From Deltaproteobacteria bacterium (lineage in GTDB: Bacteria > Myxococcota > Kuafuiibacteriia > Kuafuiibacteriales > Kuafuiibacteriaceae), in the NCBI GenBank assembly GCA_040218735.1, contig JAVJQW010000043.1, positions 224,001 through 288,000 on the forward strand: DNA of 64,000 nucleotides. The letters are read 5' to 3'. Below are positions 17,411-27,750 of the stretch, in pieces (position 1 is the first letter of the stretch; each line of letters begins with the position of its first letter). A program made the translations under genes and the position numbers. The notes below the pieces were generated by a model. The model was not told the DNA's origin, did no database searches, and worked only from the letters and a program-made list of their open reading frames with translations.

Positions 17411-18600
17411 AGAGTGACGACGCGCTGCATCCCGGGCTTCTCGGCGAGGGTCTTCGTCTCGCCGTCTTCGGTGCGCAGCAGAAGCGACTTGCCGTCGGTG
17501 TAGACGATCGCGCCCGACGTCGTGTGGTCGTAGTCGAGCACACGCTCCGCGACGACTTCGTCTTCGCCGCCGGGGCGCCGACGCATCAGCTTCCACTCCA
17601 CTGGGACGCGCCACGGATCGTCTTCGTCGCGACCGCTCGGGCGCCCCGTGTACGCGCGATGCATCGGTACCGCCGACACTCTTCGACGCGCGGCGATGTG
17701 CTGCATCCGCGCGAGCTCTTCGTCGCTGTTCTTCGACAGCGACTTGCCGTACCGCGCCGCGAACACGCCGAGGAACGCCGCGCCCGCGAGCACGATGCGG
17801 AACGGCGCGAGGAAGGCGTCGGCGAGGGACGCGCCGAACGATGCTCCCTTGCCGATCGGGTGGTGCGGGCGACGCAGGTAGAACAGCGCGTCGTCGGCGC
17901 CGAACGTCGGCGCGAAGCAGTCGTGGTCGGCGTCCTCGACGAGGGTGTCGATCGCCGCCGTATCGAGCTTCAGCTGTTCGATGCACGACGGGCCGAAGCC
18001 CATGAAGACGTCCTCCGGAGAACGTGCGATCCCCGCCGACTGGTAGACGAGCGTGCGCGGGATTCGGGGGTGCCAGCGTGGCGAGAGATCTTCGGAGTCA
18101 CCTTCCGTGATGGTCCTCAGGTGACGGCCCTCGTCGTCGGTGACGGCGAGGTGCGCTGCGCCGGAGCCGTCGAGCACGGAGCACGCGATGAGCTCGCCGT
18201 CGGGGTGCGCGGCGATGTCGAGGAGTGACAGGTCGTTGTGCGAGGACAGTCGGACTTCGGCTTCGCGGTCGAGGGTCGCGTCGGTCCACGTGTTCGCGAA
18301 GACGCTGCTGACGCGCTCCGCCTGCACGACGTAGATCAGCTCGCCGGGGCGTCGTCCGCGCGCTGCGGAGACGACCGCGGGTTTGCTGACGTGCTGCGAC
18401 GCGCCGCCGCCCCACAGCATCGCGCCGCCGAGGAACGCCTGATCGCGCTGCTCGAACTTCCACGCGTTGCGCGCCTGGGATCGTCGCGAACGCTCGACGT
18501 ACTGGTCGACGAACTTGGTCGGAACCTCGTCGAGCGGCCCGTCGACGGGTCCCGCGAACAGCTCGCCCTGGGCGATGTACGCCACGCGCTCCGGCGCCAT
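17407..18600 (-). CDS. TolB/WD40-like beta-propeller protein
   Basis: HPDGELIA, ITEGDSEDLSPRW, PTFGADDALFY repeats; ATG 18600. Confidence 0.7.
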   Translation of the reverse strand: MAPERVAYIAQGELFAGPVDGPLDEVPTKFVDQYVERSRRSQARNAWKFEQRDQAFLGGAMLWGGGASQHVSKPAVVSAARGRRPGELIYVVQAERVSSVFANTWTDATLDREAEVRLSSHNDLSLLDIAAHPDGELIACSVLDGSGAAHLAVTDDEGRHLRTITEGDSEDLSPRWHPRIPRTLVYQSAGIARSPEDVFMGFGPSCIEQLKLDTAAIDTLVEDADHDCFAPTFGADDALFYLRRPHHPIGKGASFGASLADAFLAPFRIVLAGAAFLGVFAARYGKSLSKNSDEELARMQHIAARRRVSAVPMHRAYTGRPSGRDEDDPWRVPVEWKLMRRRPGGEDEVVAERVLDYDHTTSGAIVYTDGKSLLLRTEDGETKTLAEKPGMQRVVTL

Positions 18601-18868
18601 CCGCGGACGGTACCCGGGCCGCGGAGCACCGTCGATGTGTCTAGGCCATAACGCCGCTCCGCTTCGCGGACCGCCTTGGCACAGGCTTCGGACCGGCCGC
18701 ATTCGCGCTCGGCCTCAGCCTAGGCCAAGTACTCGTCAGGACTGCGGAATTCGGGAGCACGGCTCGGGTGACCCCGACGGCTCGTTCTGAATCGCGGAGG
18801 CTCGATCTGCGTCCAAAGCCGGCATGCCATGCTTGTTTCGCTCGGGATGCGGCTGGTACGGAACGTCC

Positions 18869-19699
18869 ATGCGGGTGCTCCTCGCGATCGTCACCGTCGC
18901 CGTGACGTGGGCTGGCGCGGCGGAGGCCGCCGATCCGGTGCGCTTCCTGATCTGCCAGCCGGGCGGTCCGGATCTCCGACCGCAGCAGCAGGCGGTGATC
19001 GACCGACTCTACCGCTACATCGAGTCGCAGACCGGGCTGGCCGAGGGGCGCATCGAAGGGGTCTACACAAACGACCGGGCGAAGTGCCTCGACGAGCTCA
19101 CGAAGAAACCCGCCGTGCTGTTCCCGTCGCTCCCGATCTTCTTGGAGTTCAAGTCGAAGTACGCGTTGGAGCCGGTCGCGCAGCTCAAGCAGCAGGGCAA
19201 GGTCGAAGACCACTTCTACCTGCTCGCCGCGAAGGACACGACGTTTGCGTTCGACGCGATGCAGGGCAAGACGGTCACCGGCACGCACCTCGGGTCGACG
19301 CGGTTCGTGTACGACGTCGTGTTCGACAAGAAGCTCTCCGCGAAGGAGCTGAAGCTCGCGCCGCAGAAGCTCGGGCTGCGTGCGATTCGCAACGTGGTGA
19401 AGGGGAAGGCGGACGCCGTGTTGCTCGACGGCGCGCAGTACCGCGCGCTGCAGGGCACGCGCTACGAGAAGAAGCTCCGCCTGCTGCACGCGTCGGGGCC
19501 GCACCCCACGCCGCCGATCACCGTCCTCTCGGGCCAGGCACCGCGTGGCTTCCCGGAGGCGCTCGGCGCCGCGCTCGCGGCGATGAAGAACGACGCCACC
19601 GGGCGTGAGGTCCTCGAGATGTTCCAGATCGAAGGCTTCGCGCGCCCCGGTCCGCGCGCGTTTGCCTCGCTCGAGGCGCGCTTCTCGGGCGCCAACTGA
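18869..19699 (+). CDS. PhnD/SsuA/transferrin-family periplasmic binding protein
   Basis: Signal peptide (AEA), MQGKTV, AIRNVVKGKADAVLLD, MFQIEGF. Confidence 0.8.
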   Translation: MRVLLAIVTVAVTWAGAAEAADPVRFLICQPGGPDLRPQQQAVIDRLYRYIESQTGLAEGRIEGVYTNDRAKCLDELTKKPAVLFPSLPIFLEFKSKYALEPVAQLKQQGKVEDHFYLLAAKDTTFAFDAMQGKTVTGTHLGSTRFVYDVVFDKKLSAKELKLAPQKLGLRAIRNVVKGKADAVLLDGAQYRALQGTRYEKKLRLLHASGPHPTPPITVLSGQAPRGFPEALGAALAAMKNDATGREVLEMFQIEGFARPGPRAFASLEARFSGAN

Positions 19700-19701
19700 A
19701 G

Positions 19702-22506
19702 ATGCGCTGGCTCGCCGAGCGCCTCGTCCGGGTGAAGGTCGCCTGGGCCGTGGTGATCGGCACGATCCTGCTCGCCGGGGTCAGCGCGTTCTTCGCCACG
19801 CAGGTACCGCACGACGACGACGTCCTCGCGTTCCTGCCGCGTTCGGATCCGGACGTCGCGATCTTCTACGACATCAACCGCCGCTTCGGCGGGCTCGACG
19901 TCGCGCTGGTCGGCGTCCAAACCGAGGACGTCCTCGCACCGGACTTCTTCGCGGAGTTGGCGGCCGCGACCAAGGCCCTCGACGAGTCGCCGTCGATCGA
20001 CTTCGCGCTGTCGCTCGCGAACGTCGACGACTTCGTACCGTCGCCCGACGGGGGGATCGAAACGGACCTACTGGTGCGTTCGATCCCCGCCGACGAAGCC
20101 GCGCGTCAGGCGCTCCGCGACAAGGTGCTCTCGCGCGACCTGGTGGTGGGGCAGCTCGTATCGTCCGAGCTCGACGCCGCGTTGGTCCTCGTCTTCCCCG
20201 CGGAGGGGAGCGACCCGCGGGGGTTTGCGAACGAGGTGCAGGCGACGGTCGCGCGCACGATGCCGTCGCGTCGTGTCGCGTTCGGTGGTGCGCCGTTTGT
20301 CTCGAGCTACGTGTTCGAAGCGACGCAGGCCGACCTCGCGCTGCTGACGCCGTGGGCGGTCGCCGCGATCGTGCTGATGATCCTCATCGGCTTCCGCGAT
20401 CCGATCGGCGCCATCGTCGTGCTGTTCTCCACCGGCGCGGGGATCGCGGTTTCGATGGCGCTGATGTTCGTGCTCGGCGTCGAGCACAACATCGTGCTGT
20501 CCTCGATGCCGGTCATCGCGTTCTCGGTGGGGAGCGCGTACGGGCTGCACGTGCTCGCGCGTTACCAGCAGCTGCGCCGCACCCTCGAACGCGACGCCGC
20601 GCTGGTCGAAGCCCTCGTCTCCGTGGGGCCGACCGTCGTCGCGGCGGGCCTCACGACCGTCGCCGGCCTGTTCAGCTTCCTCGCGATGAACATCGTCCCG
20701 ATGCAGACGTTCGGGCTGTTCACCGGGCTCGGCGTACTGGTCGCGCTCGTCCTCGCGTTGACGTTCGTGCCCGCGGCGATCCGCGTCGCGGGCCTCACGC
20801 ACCCGCGCGGGGAGGAGTCCACGTCCGCGGTGCTCGTCGGTGCGGTGGCCTGGCTCCGCGAACGGCGCGCCGCAGGGATGGCGGTCGTCCTCGCGGTGGC
20901 GGCGATCGGTGCGTTCTTCGCGGGGCGCGTCGACACTCGCATGGATCTGTCGGCGTTCTTCGCGGACGACAGCCCTCCGGCGCGGGCCGACGCGTTCCTT
21001 CTGGAGGAGTTCGGCGGGTCGCAGTTCGTGCAAGTTCACTTGCGAGCGGACTTCACTTCGCCGGACGCGCTCTGGCAGCTGTTCCACCTCGCGGATCGGA
21101 TCGAGGCGCTGGACTCCGTGAGCTCCGTGCAGCACGCCGGGCAGGTGGTCGCGCAGCTGAACCTCGCGATGCAGGGCGCGCGGCGGGTTCCGGACGAGCC
21201 CGAGCAAGTTGCCTTGCTCTACCGGTTCCTGACCGGGCGCCCGGCGATCGGGCAGCTCGTGACGGAGGATCGGCAGGAGGTCGTCGTGCACGCGAAGCTC
21301 GCCAAGAGCGACGTCGACTCCGTGGAGCGCGCGCTGCACGACGTGGAGGCGATCGTCGCCGCCGGGCTCGCGGCAACACCGGTGGAGATCGCGTTGGGGC
21401 GCGTCGAGGTCGCGACGCGGCGGGCGGGTGCGAAGTTCGACGCGGACGTCCGCGCGAGGGTGCGCGCCGCGCTCGCCGAGCCCGCGTCGACGCCGCGCCC
21501 GGCGGCGGTGGCGGAGCGGGTCGCGAAGTTCCTCGCGTCGGACGAGAGCCCGGTGACGTTGCCCGAGGCCGTGGCGGCGTCGGCGGCGGCGGTGATCGTC
21601 CCGGGGGATTCGACGCACCGCGAAGGCGGCGCGCCGAGTGATTCAGCGTCCGCGGACGCAGCGCGCTCGTCGACATCCGCCGAAGCGTCGGTCGTGGCGC
21701 GCCTGGTCGGCGTGCTCGCGCCGCACGAGGACGTGATCGGCGAGCCCGTCGAATCGCTGCTCGCGGAGGATCTGATCGCGGCTTCGCAGACGCGCATCAC
21801 CGAAGCGAAGAAGGCGCTCGTCGCAATGGACCGCGCGGCGCGTGTCCGCGCGGCGGTCGATCAACGCATCACGGATCCGCACTGGCGCACGCACGTGATG
21901 GGCGCGATGGCGTTGCTCGAGCGCTCGTCGTCGGCGCCGAAGATCGAGGCGAAGGTCAGCGGCCTCCCGGTGCTGCATCGTGGTCTGTCGCGCAGCACCG
22001 TCGACAATCAGATCACCAGCCTCGCGCTCGCGCTCGTGAGTGTGTTGGTCGTGTTGACGATCGCGTTCCGGAGTGTGCGCGCCGGGTTGCTCGCGGCGAG
22101 CCCGACGGTGATCACGCTGCTCGCGGTGTACGGCGGGATGGGGATCCTCGGCGTGCACCTCGACATGGGGACGGCGATGCTCGCGAGCCTGATCATCGGC
22201 GCGGGGGTCGACTATGCCGTGCATCTGGTGACGGCGTGGCGCACTGCGCCGTCGGTCGCGGCGGCGGTGTCGAAGACCGCGACGGCGATCTGGACCAACG
22301 CGATGATGGTCGGCGCGGGGTTCTTCATTCTCACGCTGGGGGAGGCGAAGACGCTGGAGAACGTCGGGGGACTCACGGCCGCAGCGATGCTGACGGCGGC
22401 GTTGGCGACTTTTGTCTGCGTTCCGGTGTTTTCACGTCGAGGGCCGGCGCTCGTGGAGGCGGCCGCGCCGGCGTCGGCGCCCGAGGGGGCGCCTCAAAAG
22501 TCCTGA
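19702..22506 (+). CDS. MMPL/RND-family lipid transporter
   Basis: Two membrane halves with periplasmic loops; RFGG, GLTTVAG, EFGGS, IGAGVDYAVH. Confidence 0.92.
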   Translation: MRWLAERLVRVKVAWAVVIGTILLAGVSAFFATQVPHDDDVLAFLPRSDPDVAIFYDINRRFGGLDVALVGVQTEDVLAPDFFAELAAATKALDESPSIDFALSLANVDDFVPSPDGGIETDLLVRSIPADEAARQALRDKVLSRDLVVGQLVSSELDAALVLVFPAEGSDPRGFANEVQATVARTMPSRRVAFGGAPFVSSYVFEATQADLALLTPWAVAAIVLMILIGFRDPIGAIVVLFSTGAGIAVSMALMFVLGVEHNIVLSSMPVIAFSVGSAYGLHVLARYQQLRRTLERDAALVEALVSVGPTVVAAGLTTVAGLFSFLAMNIVPMQTFGLFTGLGVLVALVLALTFVPAAIRVAGLTHPRGEESTSAVLVGAVAWLRERRAAGMAVVLAVAAIGAFFAGRVDTRMDLSAFFADDSPPARADAFLLEEFGGSQFVQVHLRADFTSPDALWQLFHLADRIEALDSVSSVQHAGQVVAQLNLAMQGARRVPDEPEQVALLYRFLTGRPAIGQLVTEDRQEVVVHAKLAKSDVDSVERALHDVEAIVAAGLAATPVEIALGRVEVATRRAGAKFDADVRARVRAALAEPASTPRPAAVAERVAKFLASDESPVTLPEAVAASAAAVIVPGDSTHREGGAPSDSASADAARSSTSAEASVVARLVGVLAPHEDVIGEPVESLLAEDLIAASQTRITEAKKALVAMDRAARVRAAVDQRITDPHWRTHVMGAMALLERSSSAPKIEAKVSGLPVLHRGLSRSTVDNQITSLALALVSVLVVLTIAFRSVRAGLLAASPTVITLLAVYGGMGILGVHLDMGTAMLASLIIGAGVDYAVHLVTAWRTAPSVAAAVSKTATAIWTNAMMVGAGFFILTLGEAKTLENVGGLTAAAMLTAALATFVCVPVFSRRGPALVEAAAPASAPEGAPQKS

Positions 22507-22548
22507 CGGCCCTGGCCAAGTGGTGGTCGGATCCCGCACACTGGAGAC

Positions 22549-23046
22549 GTGCCGAAGGTAGGAACCGAATCCAGTGGAGCACCGGCCATTCCCCCGCGGG
22601 CGATGGACGTCAACCAGGAGCTCCAGGACATCTATCACGCGACGGTGGTCGCCACGAAGGGCGACACCAAGGCGGCCGAGCGCGCGAAGATGCAAGCGGC
22701 GCCGCGTGTGCAGCAGTTCGCAGCGTTGCTCGAGCGCGCGGCGGACGGCGGCTCGGGCGCCGCGAACGCGTTGAAGCAGGCGCGTGAGATCCTCGGGCAG
22801 GGCGGCGACCCGAGCTCGTTGGATCGTTGGATCCACGCGCACGTCGACGAGTCGGTGATGCGCGAGGCGGGCCTGGACCCGACGGAGATCGCGCGGTCGG
22901 CGGGCGTCGAGGTCGAGGAGCCGGACGTCGAGCAGGCGGGCCGCGACTACCGAGAGTTCACGGGCGACGGCAACCAGGTCGCCCATCGGGACGAGCCCGG
23001 CCAGGGCATGAACGTCCGTGACTTTTCTCCCCCCGGTCGCGTCTGA
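22549..23046 (+). CDS. Hypothetical protein
   Basis: GC3-rich ORF filling the gap between MMPL and LolA-like genes; helical, no signal peptide. Confidence 0.7.
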   Translation: MPKVGTESSGAPAIPPRAMDVNQELQDIYHATVVATKGDTKAAERAKMQAAPRVQQFAALLERAADGGSGAANALKQAREILGQGGDPSSLDRWIHAHVDESVMREAGLDPTEIARSAGVEVEEPDVEQAGRDYREFTGDGNQVAHRDEPGQGMNVRDFSPPGRV

Positions 23047-23058
23047 TACGCGACCCTC

Positions 23059-23793
23059 ATGCGACTCCCCATTCTCGTGACGGCCGCGTTGGTTCTCGCG
23101 GCGACCGACGTACGCGCGGACGACGCGCAGGCCCAGCTCGCGCAGGTCGACGAGGCCCTCAACCAGGCGAAGGACCAGTTCCTCGACTACGAGATGGTCG
23201 ACATCAAGGACGGCAAGGAGCGGACGCTTCGGCTGGAGGTGTCGATCAAGGGTGAGAAGCGCCTGACTGCGTTCACGGCGCCGGCGGACCTTCGTGGCAC
23301 GAAGGTCCTGATCGTCTCGCCGACGCAGATGTACATCTACCTGCCCGCGTACAAGAAGGTCCGCCGCATCGCGAGCCACGTGACGGAGCAGGGCTTCATG
23401 GGCACGACGTACTCGAACGACGACCTCGCCCTCACGCGGTACGCGCCGCTGTACGCCGCGAAGGTGGTGTCGAGCGACGAAGAGAAGGCGAAGCTCGAGC
23501 TCACGAAGAAGAGCGGCGCCGAGGCGCCGTACGCGCGCATCGTGATGACGGTGGAGAAGAAGCGCGCGCTGCCACTCGAGATGGAGTACTTCGACGACGC
23601 CGGCAAGAAGGTGAAGACGGAGACCCGCTCGGACTACACCTGCGAGGGCAAGGTCTGCGCGCCGGAGGTGATCGCGATGCGCGACCACACCGACGGCGAC
23701 CACGTGAGCAAGCTGGTGCGGAAGAAGTGGAAGGTGAACGGCGGCCTCTCGGATCGTCTGTTCACGAAGCGAAACCTAGCGCGCGCGCGTTAG
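23059..23793 (+). CDS. Outer membrane lipoprotein-sorting (LolA-like) protein
   Basis: FTAPADLRGTKVL, YIYLPAYKKVRRIA, FMGTTYSNDDL, GLSDRLFTKRNL. Confidence 0.92.
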   Translation: MRLPILVTAALVLAATDVRADDAQAQLAQVDEALNQAKDQFLDYEMVDIKDGKERTLRLEVSIKGEKRLTAFTAPADLRGTKVLIVSPTQMYIYLPAYKKVRRIASHVTEQGFMGTTYSNDDLALTRYAPLYAAKVVSSDEEKAKLELTKKSGAEAPYARIVMTVEKKRALPLEMEYFDDAGKKVKTETRSDYTCEGKVCAPEVIAMRDHTDGDHVSKLVRKKWKVNGGLSDRLFTKRNLARAR

Positions 23794-24119
23794 AGGGTGC
23801 CGCCGATCGTCGCCTCGTACACCTCTTGGCTCCACCTGTCGGTGTCCGAGTCGTAGGAGTAGGGGACCGCGAAGCCGATGGTGAAACGTTTGTCGTCCGT
23901 ACCCGCGGATGCCAACGCGCCGCCGAACGCTGACGCGAGGACGACGGGGGCGTCGCCCGGGTAGAGACCGACCATCGCCGAAGCGCCACCACGTAGCGCG
24001 AGGGCAAAGCCGCCGGCTCGAATCGCGGTGAAGCGGAGGGCGGTCGAGCTGTATCCGAGTGCCAACGGCGTCGCCGGGATCGAGAGCTCGAGCTCGTACG
24101 TCAGGCGAGAGAGGTGAGC
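23790..24119 (-). pseudogene. Possible gene remnant or small ORF (beta-strand-like)
   Basis: Open frame continuing in phase after the TGA at 24120; only a TTG start (24065); alternating hydrophobic pattern. Confidence 0.3.
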
Positions 24120-25844
24120 TCAGCGGCGGCGTCTCAGGAGCGCCCACGCGAGGAGCGCGCAGGCGAGCCAGGCGTTGGACGTGGCGCCCGTCGTAGCCGT
24201 GCAGCTGCAGCCTTCGTCTTCGGCTTCGCGTGGCTCGGGGGTCTCGTCGATGCTCTCGCCGGCGTCGGGGGGCGGACCGCCGTCCCGCACGCTCGCGTCG
24301 TTGATGCCTCCGTCGTCGGCCGGGCTCGCGCCGCTGTCGCGCGCGGGGCCGCCGTCGCGGTTGGGATCGACGGGTCCGCCATCGCGAGGCGGACCGGCGT
24401 CGATGGTGGCGTTTGCGTCCCGCACGCCGGCGTCGCGGGCCGGGCCGTCTTGCAGCTCGTACGCGCCGCGGTCACACGCGGCGCCTGAGGGACGTGGGGA
24501 GCCGCGTTGGTCAGTGATCAGCGGTTGGCCGTTGGCGGTGCAGCCGGCGGGGTCGCCGCTGTCGAGGGCGGGGCTCCCGGGGAGGAGCGGGACGGTGAGG
24601 GTGCCGCCGCCGAAGTCGCCGAGGGTGCCGAGCATCGCGTCGATAGGCGGGGCGTCGCCGACGAGGTTGCCGTTGCCGCCAGACACCGTGCAGCCGGCGC
24701 CGTTCGCGACGAGGACGTAGCCGAGGCTGTCGATCTGACCGCTGCAGTCCGGGCCGGGGCCCGCGTTGCGAGCGACGATCGAGTTTCGCATGCGCAGCGC
24801 GCCGTTCTGTCGCCACACGCCGCCGCCGGAGGTCGCGGCGGTGTTGTCGGTGATCGTGACGTTGGAGAGCGTGGCTTGGCCGGCGACGATCGAGAGGCCG
24901 CCGCCCTGACCGCCTTGGTTGTTGGCGATGGTGGTGTTGATGAGGGTGACATTCGGGTTGCCGTCGAAGAGCCCGCCGATCGTGCCGACGCGGAAACCGC
25001 CGCCCTCACCGGCGGTGGTGTTGCGGGCGATGACGCTGTCGATGAACGTGATGGTGTTGTTGCCGCCGCTCACTTGCAGCGCGGAGAAGCCGCCGGCGCC
25101 GAGCGGGCCGGTGTGGACGTTGTCGATGATCTGCGTGCGAATCGCGGTGAGGCTCCCGGCTGCGCCGGCTCCGCCGCCGACGAGGCCCGTCGCCGTGTTG
25201 TTCCGGACGATAACGTCGGTCACGGAGCCGACGCAGGTCGTGAGGCAGCGGAAGCCGCCGTCGTTCTCGGTGCTGTTGCCTTCGAGGATGACGCGTTCGA
25301 GCGTCATCATCCCGAGCGAGTCGATCCCGCCGCCGCCGAGGTACGACTGGCACGAAGCGACGCGCGCGTCCGCCATCGAGAGGATCGCGCCCTGCGCGAC
25401 GAGCACGCCGCCGCCGTCGTCCTGCCCGGGGTTGCCGTTCACGATCGAGAGCTGCCGCAAGGTACCTTGCACGCCGGCGACGGGGAGGTGGAACGCCCGG
25501 TCGATGCCTTGCGCGTCGATCGTGGTGGAGGACGGCCCCGCGCCCACGATCTCGACGTCTTCGCGAATGTCGAGGTCACCGGCTTCGGCGTTGTCCTCGA
25601 ACATCCCGCCGATGCCGAGCTGGTAGGTCCCCGCGCCGAGCATGATCGTGTCCACGCCGGCCGACCCGGCGCTGCACCCACCGATCCCGGCGTACGACGG
25701 CGCGTTCTGCGCGGTGCGCAGCGCGTCACGGAGCGTGCAGTTCTGTCCGCCGTCGTCCGTAGCCCCGACGACGATCGTGGCGGCGTGGGCGGTGGAGGTG
25801 ACGGCGGTGAAGGCGAGGGCGAACAGGATCGCGGCGATGCGCAT
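24120..25844 (-). CDS. CSLREA/choice-of-anchor Q beta-helix surface protein with MYXO-CTERM
   Basis: NCTLRDAL, GGG/N beta-helix repeats, DQRGSPR...CDRGAYE, GCSC + TM + RRRR tail. Confidence 0.92.
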   Translation of the reverse strand: MRIAAILFALAFTAVTSTAHAATIVVGATDDGGQNCTLRDALRTAQNAPSYAGIGGCSAGSAGVDTIMLGAGTYQLGIGGMFEDNAEAGDLDIREDVEIVGAGPSSTTIDAQGIDRAFHLPVAGVQGTLRQLSIVNGNPGQDDGGGVLVAQGAILSMADARVASCQSYLGGGGIDSLGMMTLERVILEGNSTENDGGFRCLTTCVGSVTDVIVRNNTATGLVGGGAGAAGSLTAIRTQIIDNVHTGPLGAGGFSALQVSGGNNTITFIDSVIARNTTAGEGGGFRVGTIGGLFDGNPNVTLINTTIANNQGGQGGGLSIVAGQATLSNVTITDNTAATSGGGVWRQNGALRMRNSIVARNAGPGPDCSGQIDSLGYVLVANGAGCTVSGGNGNLVGDAPPIDAMLGTLGDFGGGTLTVPLLPGSPALDSGDPAGCTANGQPLITDQRGSPRPSGAACDRGAYELQDGPARDAGVRDANATIDAGPPRDGGPVDPNRDGGPARDSGASPADDGGINDASVRDGGPPPDAGESIDETPEPREAEDEGCSCTATTGATSNAWLACALLAWALLRRRR

Positions 25845-26006
25845 GGGTGAGCGCGATTGTACGTGAACGGATTGCTTTGACCACGCCAGACAGCGGCCGG
25901 CCGCGCTCCCCGTCCGTCCTGGGGCGGGGTGGTGATCCCGCGTAGAATCCCGGGGCGGGATCTCGGGGCCTGAAGAGCGGCGAGCAGGGGGAGGTGCTGG
26001 CGGTCT

Positions 26007-27722
26007 TCAGAAGTTGTAGACGCCGCGGAACCAGCCGACGTTGCCGCCGGCTGCGGCTTCGCCGAACTTCGTGTAGGACTTGCCGAGCTCGAAGAGCGCG
26101 CCGACGGCGAGCTCGAGCCCCTGCCCGAAGTTGTAGCTCAGCTCGGGGAAGAGCACGGCCGAGAAACCTTCGGGCGACAGCGGGGAGAAGCTGTTGGTGA
26201 TCCGGCGGCCTAGACTCCGGCGGTAGAGGTCTTCCGTGTAACCCGTGAGCTCGAGGATCGTGAACATGCGGAACAGAAGGTTGCCGTCCATGAACCTCAG
26301 GTCCACGCCGGCGACGAGGTAGTCACCGATACGATTGCGAAGGACCTCGCGGGCGCACTCGTCGCCGTTCTGATCGACGAGCGCGCAGGTGTTCGTCGTG
26401 TCGGGGTCGCTGGTCACGCCGCCCTCGCGCACGACCTTGCCGTCGCTGAAGAAGTCCCCGGCGCCGAATTCGTCGGCGAGGCCGTGGACCCACATCACGT
26501 TCACGTAGACGTGTTCGTTGAAGGTGTAGTCGAGACCGAGGGTCCACTTCGCGAACGGGGTGTCGTCGAGGACGAGCGGGCGTTCGCCGTCGGGGTACGC
26601 ATACTCACCGGCGGGGCGCGTCTGGCCGAGGATGACGATCTCACTCTGGCGCATCGCCAGCCGCTGTTGCCGCGGGAAGTACACGCCGACCTCCATGCGG
26701 TATCCGATGGGTGCGATCGACTCACTCGCCCAGCCCAGGAGGTCGACTTCACCGGTGAGGTTCAGCCCCGTGACCTGCATCTTCGGATAGGCGAGGGTGA
26801 CCGTCGTTCCGAGCGTGCCGTCGATGCAGTCCATGGCGTTGGATGGGTTGCACTGCTGACCCATGAGTTGCTGAGTGAAGTTGTCGATGGGTACCGGAAA
26901 GTCAGATCGCCCGTAGTAGTAACTCAGGGAGAGGTCCTGCTCGAAGATCACCGTCGCCGCGCGCAACATGAATTGCATGTTCTCGGCCGTCGGTTCGGGG
27001 AGTTGGATCAGGGCGTCGTCGACCAGGGTCGGGTAGCCGAAGTTCTCGCTCGCGGCGGCCTCGGCGTGCAGGCGGCGGCGGAAGTCGACGTCGAGGTGCG
27101 GGAGGCGGTCCACCGCGCCGACCGCGAGGGGCGCCGAGCTGGGGAGGAGCGCCGGGCGGAAGATCGGGACGAGCGCGCCGGAGAACGTGATGTTGTCGGT
27201 GACGGCGTAGTCGAGGCGCGCCATCAGGTTGGACTGCTGCGTGCCGAAGAGGAGGCGGTCCTCGAGGTCGTCCGCATTGAGGTTGTTCGTGGGGTTGAAC
27301 TGGTCCGCGACGCCCCAGTTGATGATCTGGTAGCCGACGCGCAGGTCGAGGCCTTCGACGAACAGGTCGATGCCCTCCAGGTAGGCGGATTGCGCTTCGA
27401 TGCGGACGGGTTCGTCGACCTCGCGCAGCGACAGGTCGTCGAGCGTCGCGGTGCGCGCGAAGCCGAGCCAGACGAGGTCGACGTCGATGATGCCGGCGAA
27501 GCGCTCCGTGGTCGCGTTCGCCTTGAGCTTGAGGATGTGCTCGTTGCGCGCGAAGCCGTCGGCGAGGACGCGCCGGTCGTAGAAGTCGCCGACGAGCGTC
27601 TCGGACGGACGGTAGCGGATGTTCGACTGGATGCGACCGCCGAGGGTGAGGTCCAGCTCGGCCGAGGCCGCGCGCGGCACGAGCCCGATTACGACGAGGA
27701 TCAGACCCGGCCACCACCGCAT
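26007..27722 (-). CDS. Outer membrane beta-barrel protein (DUF1302-like)
   Basis: Signal peptide, LRVGYQIINWGVADQFNPTNNLN, C-terminal YNF. Confidence 0.8.
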   Translation of the reverse strand: MRWWPGLILVVIGLVPRAASAELDLTLGGRIQSNIRYRPSETLVGDFYDRRVLADGFARNEHILKLKANATTERFAGIIDVDLVWLGFARTATLDDLSLREVDEPVRIEAQSAYLEGIDLFVEGLDLRVGYQIINWGVADQFNPTNNLNADDLEDRLLFGTQQSNLMARLDYAVTDNITFSGALVPIFRPALLPSSAPLAVGAVDRLPHLDVDFRRRLHAEAAASENFGYPTLVDDALIQLPEPTAENMQFMLRAATVIFEQDLSLSYYYGRSDFPVPIDNFTQQLMGQQCNPSNAMDCIDGTLGTTVTLAYPKMQVTGLNLTGEVDLLGWASESIAPIGYRMEVGVYFPRQQRLAMRQSEIVILGQTRPAGEYAYPDGERPLVLDDTPFAKWTLGLDYTFNEHVYVNVMWVHGLADEFGAGDFFSDGKVVREGGVTSDPDTTNTCALVDQNGDECAREVLRNRIGDYLVAGVDLRFMDGNLLFRMFTILELTGYTEDLYRRSLGRRITNSFSPLSPEGFSAVLFPELSYNFGQGLELAVGALFELGKSYTKFGEAAAGGNVGWFRGVYNF

Positions 27723-27750
27723 CGCGGGGCTCGTAACACGTTTTTTGGTG

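Noticed and set aside
25845-26006. Structured ncRNA in the gap upstream of the CSLREA gene
   Set aside because: GC-rich stems (e.g. GATCCCGC...GCGGGATC) are present but match no family I recognise; a TACAAT box close to the ATG suggests they lie outside that transcript.
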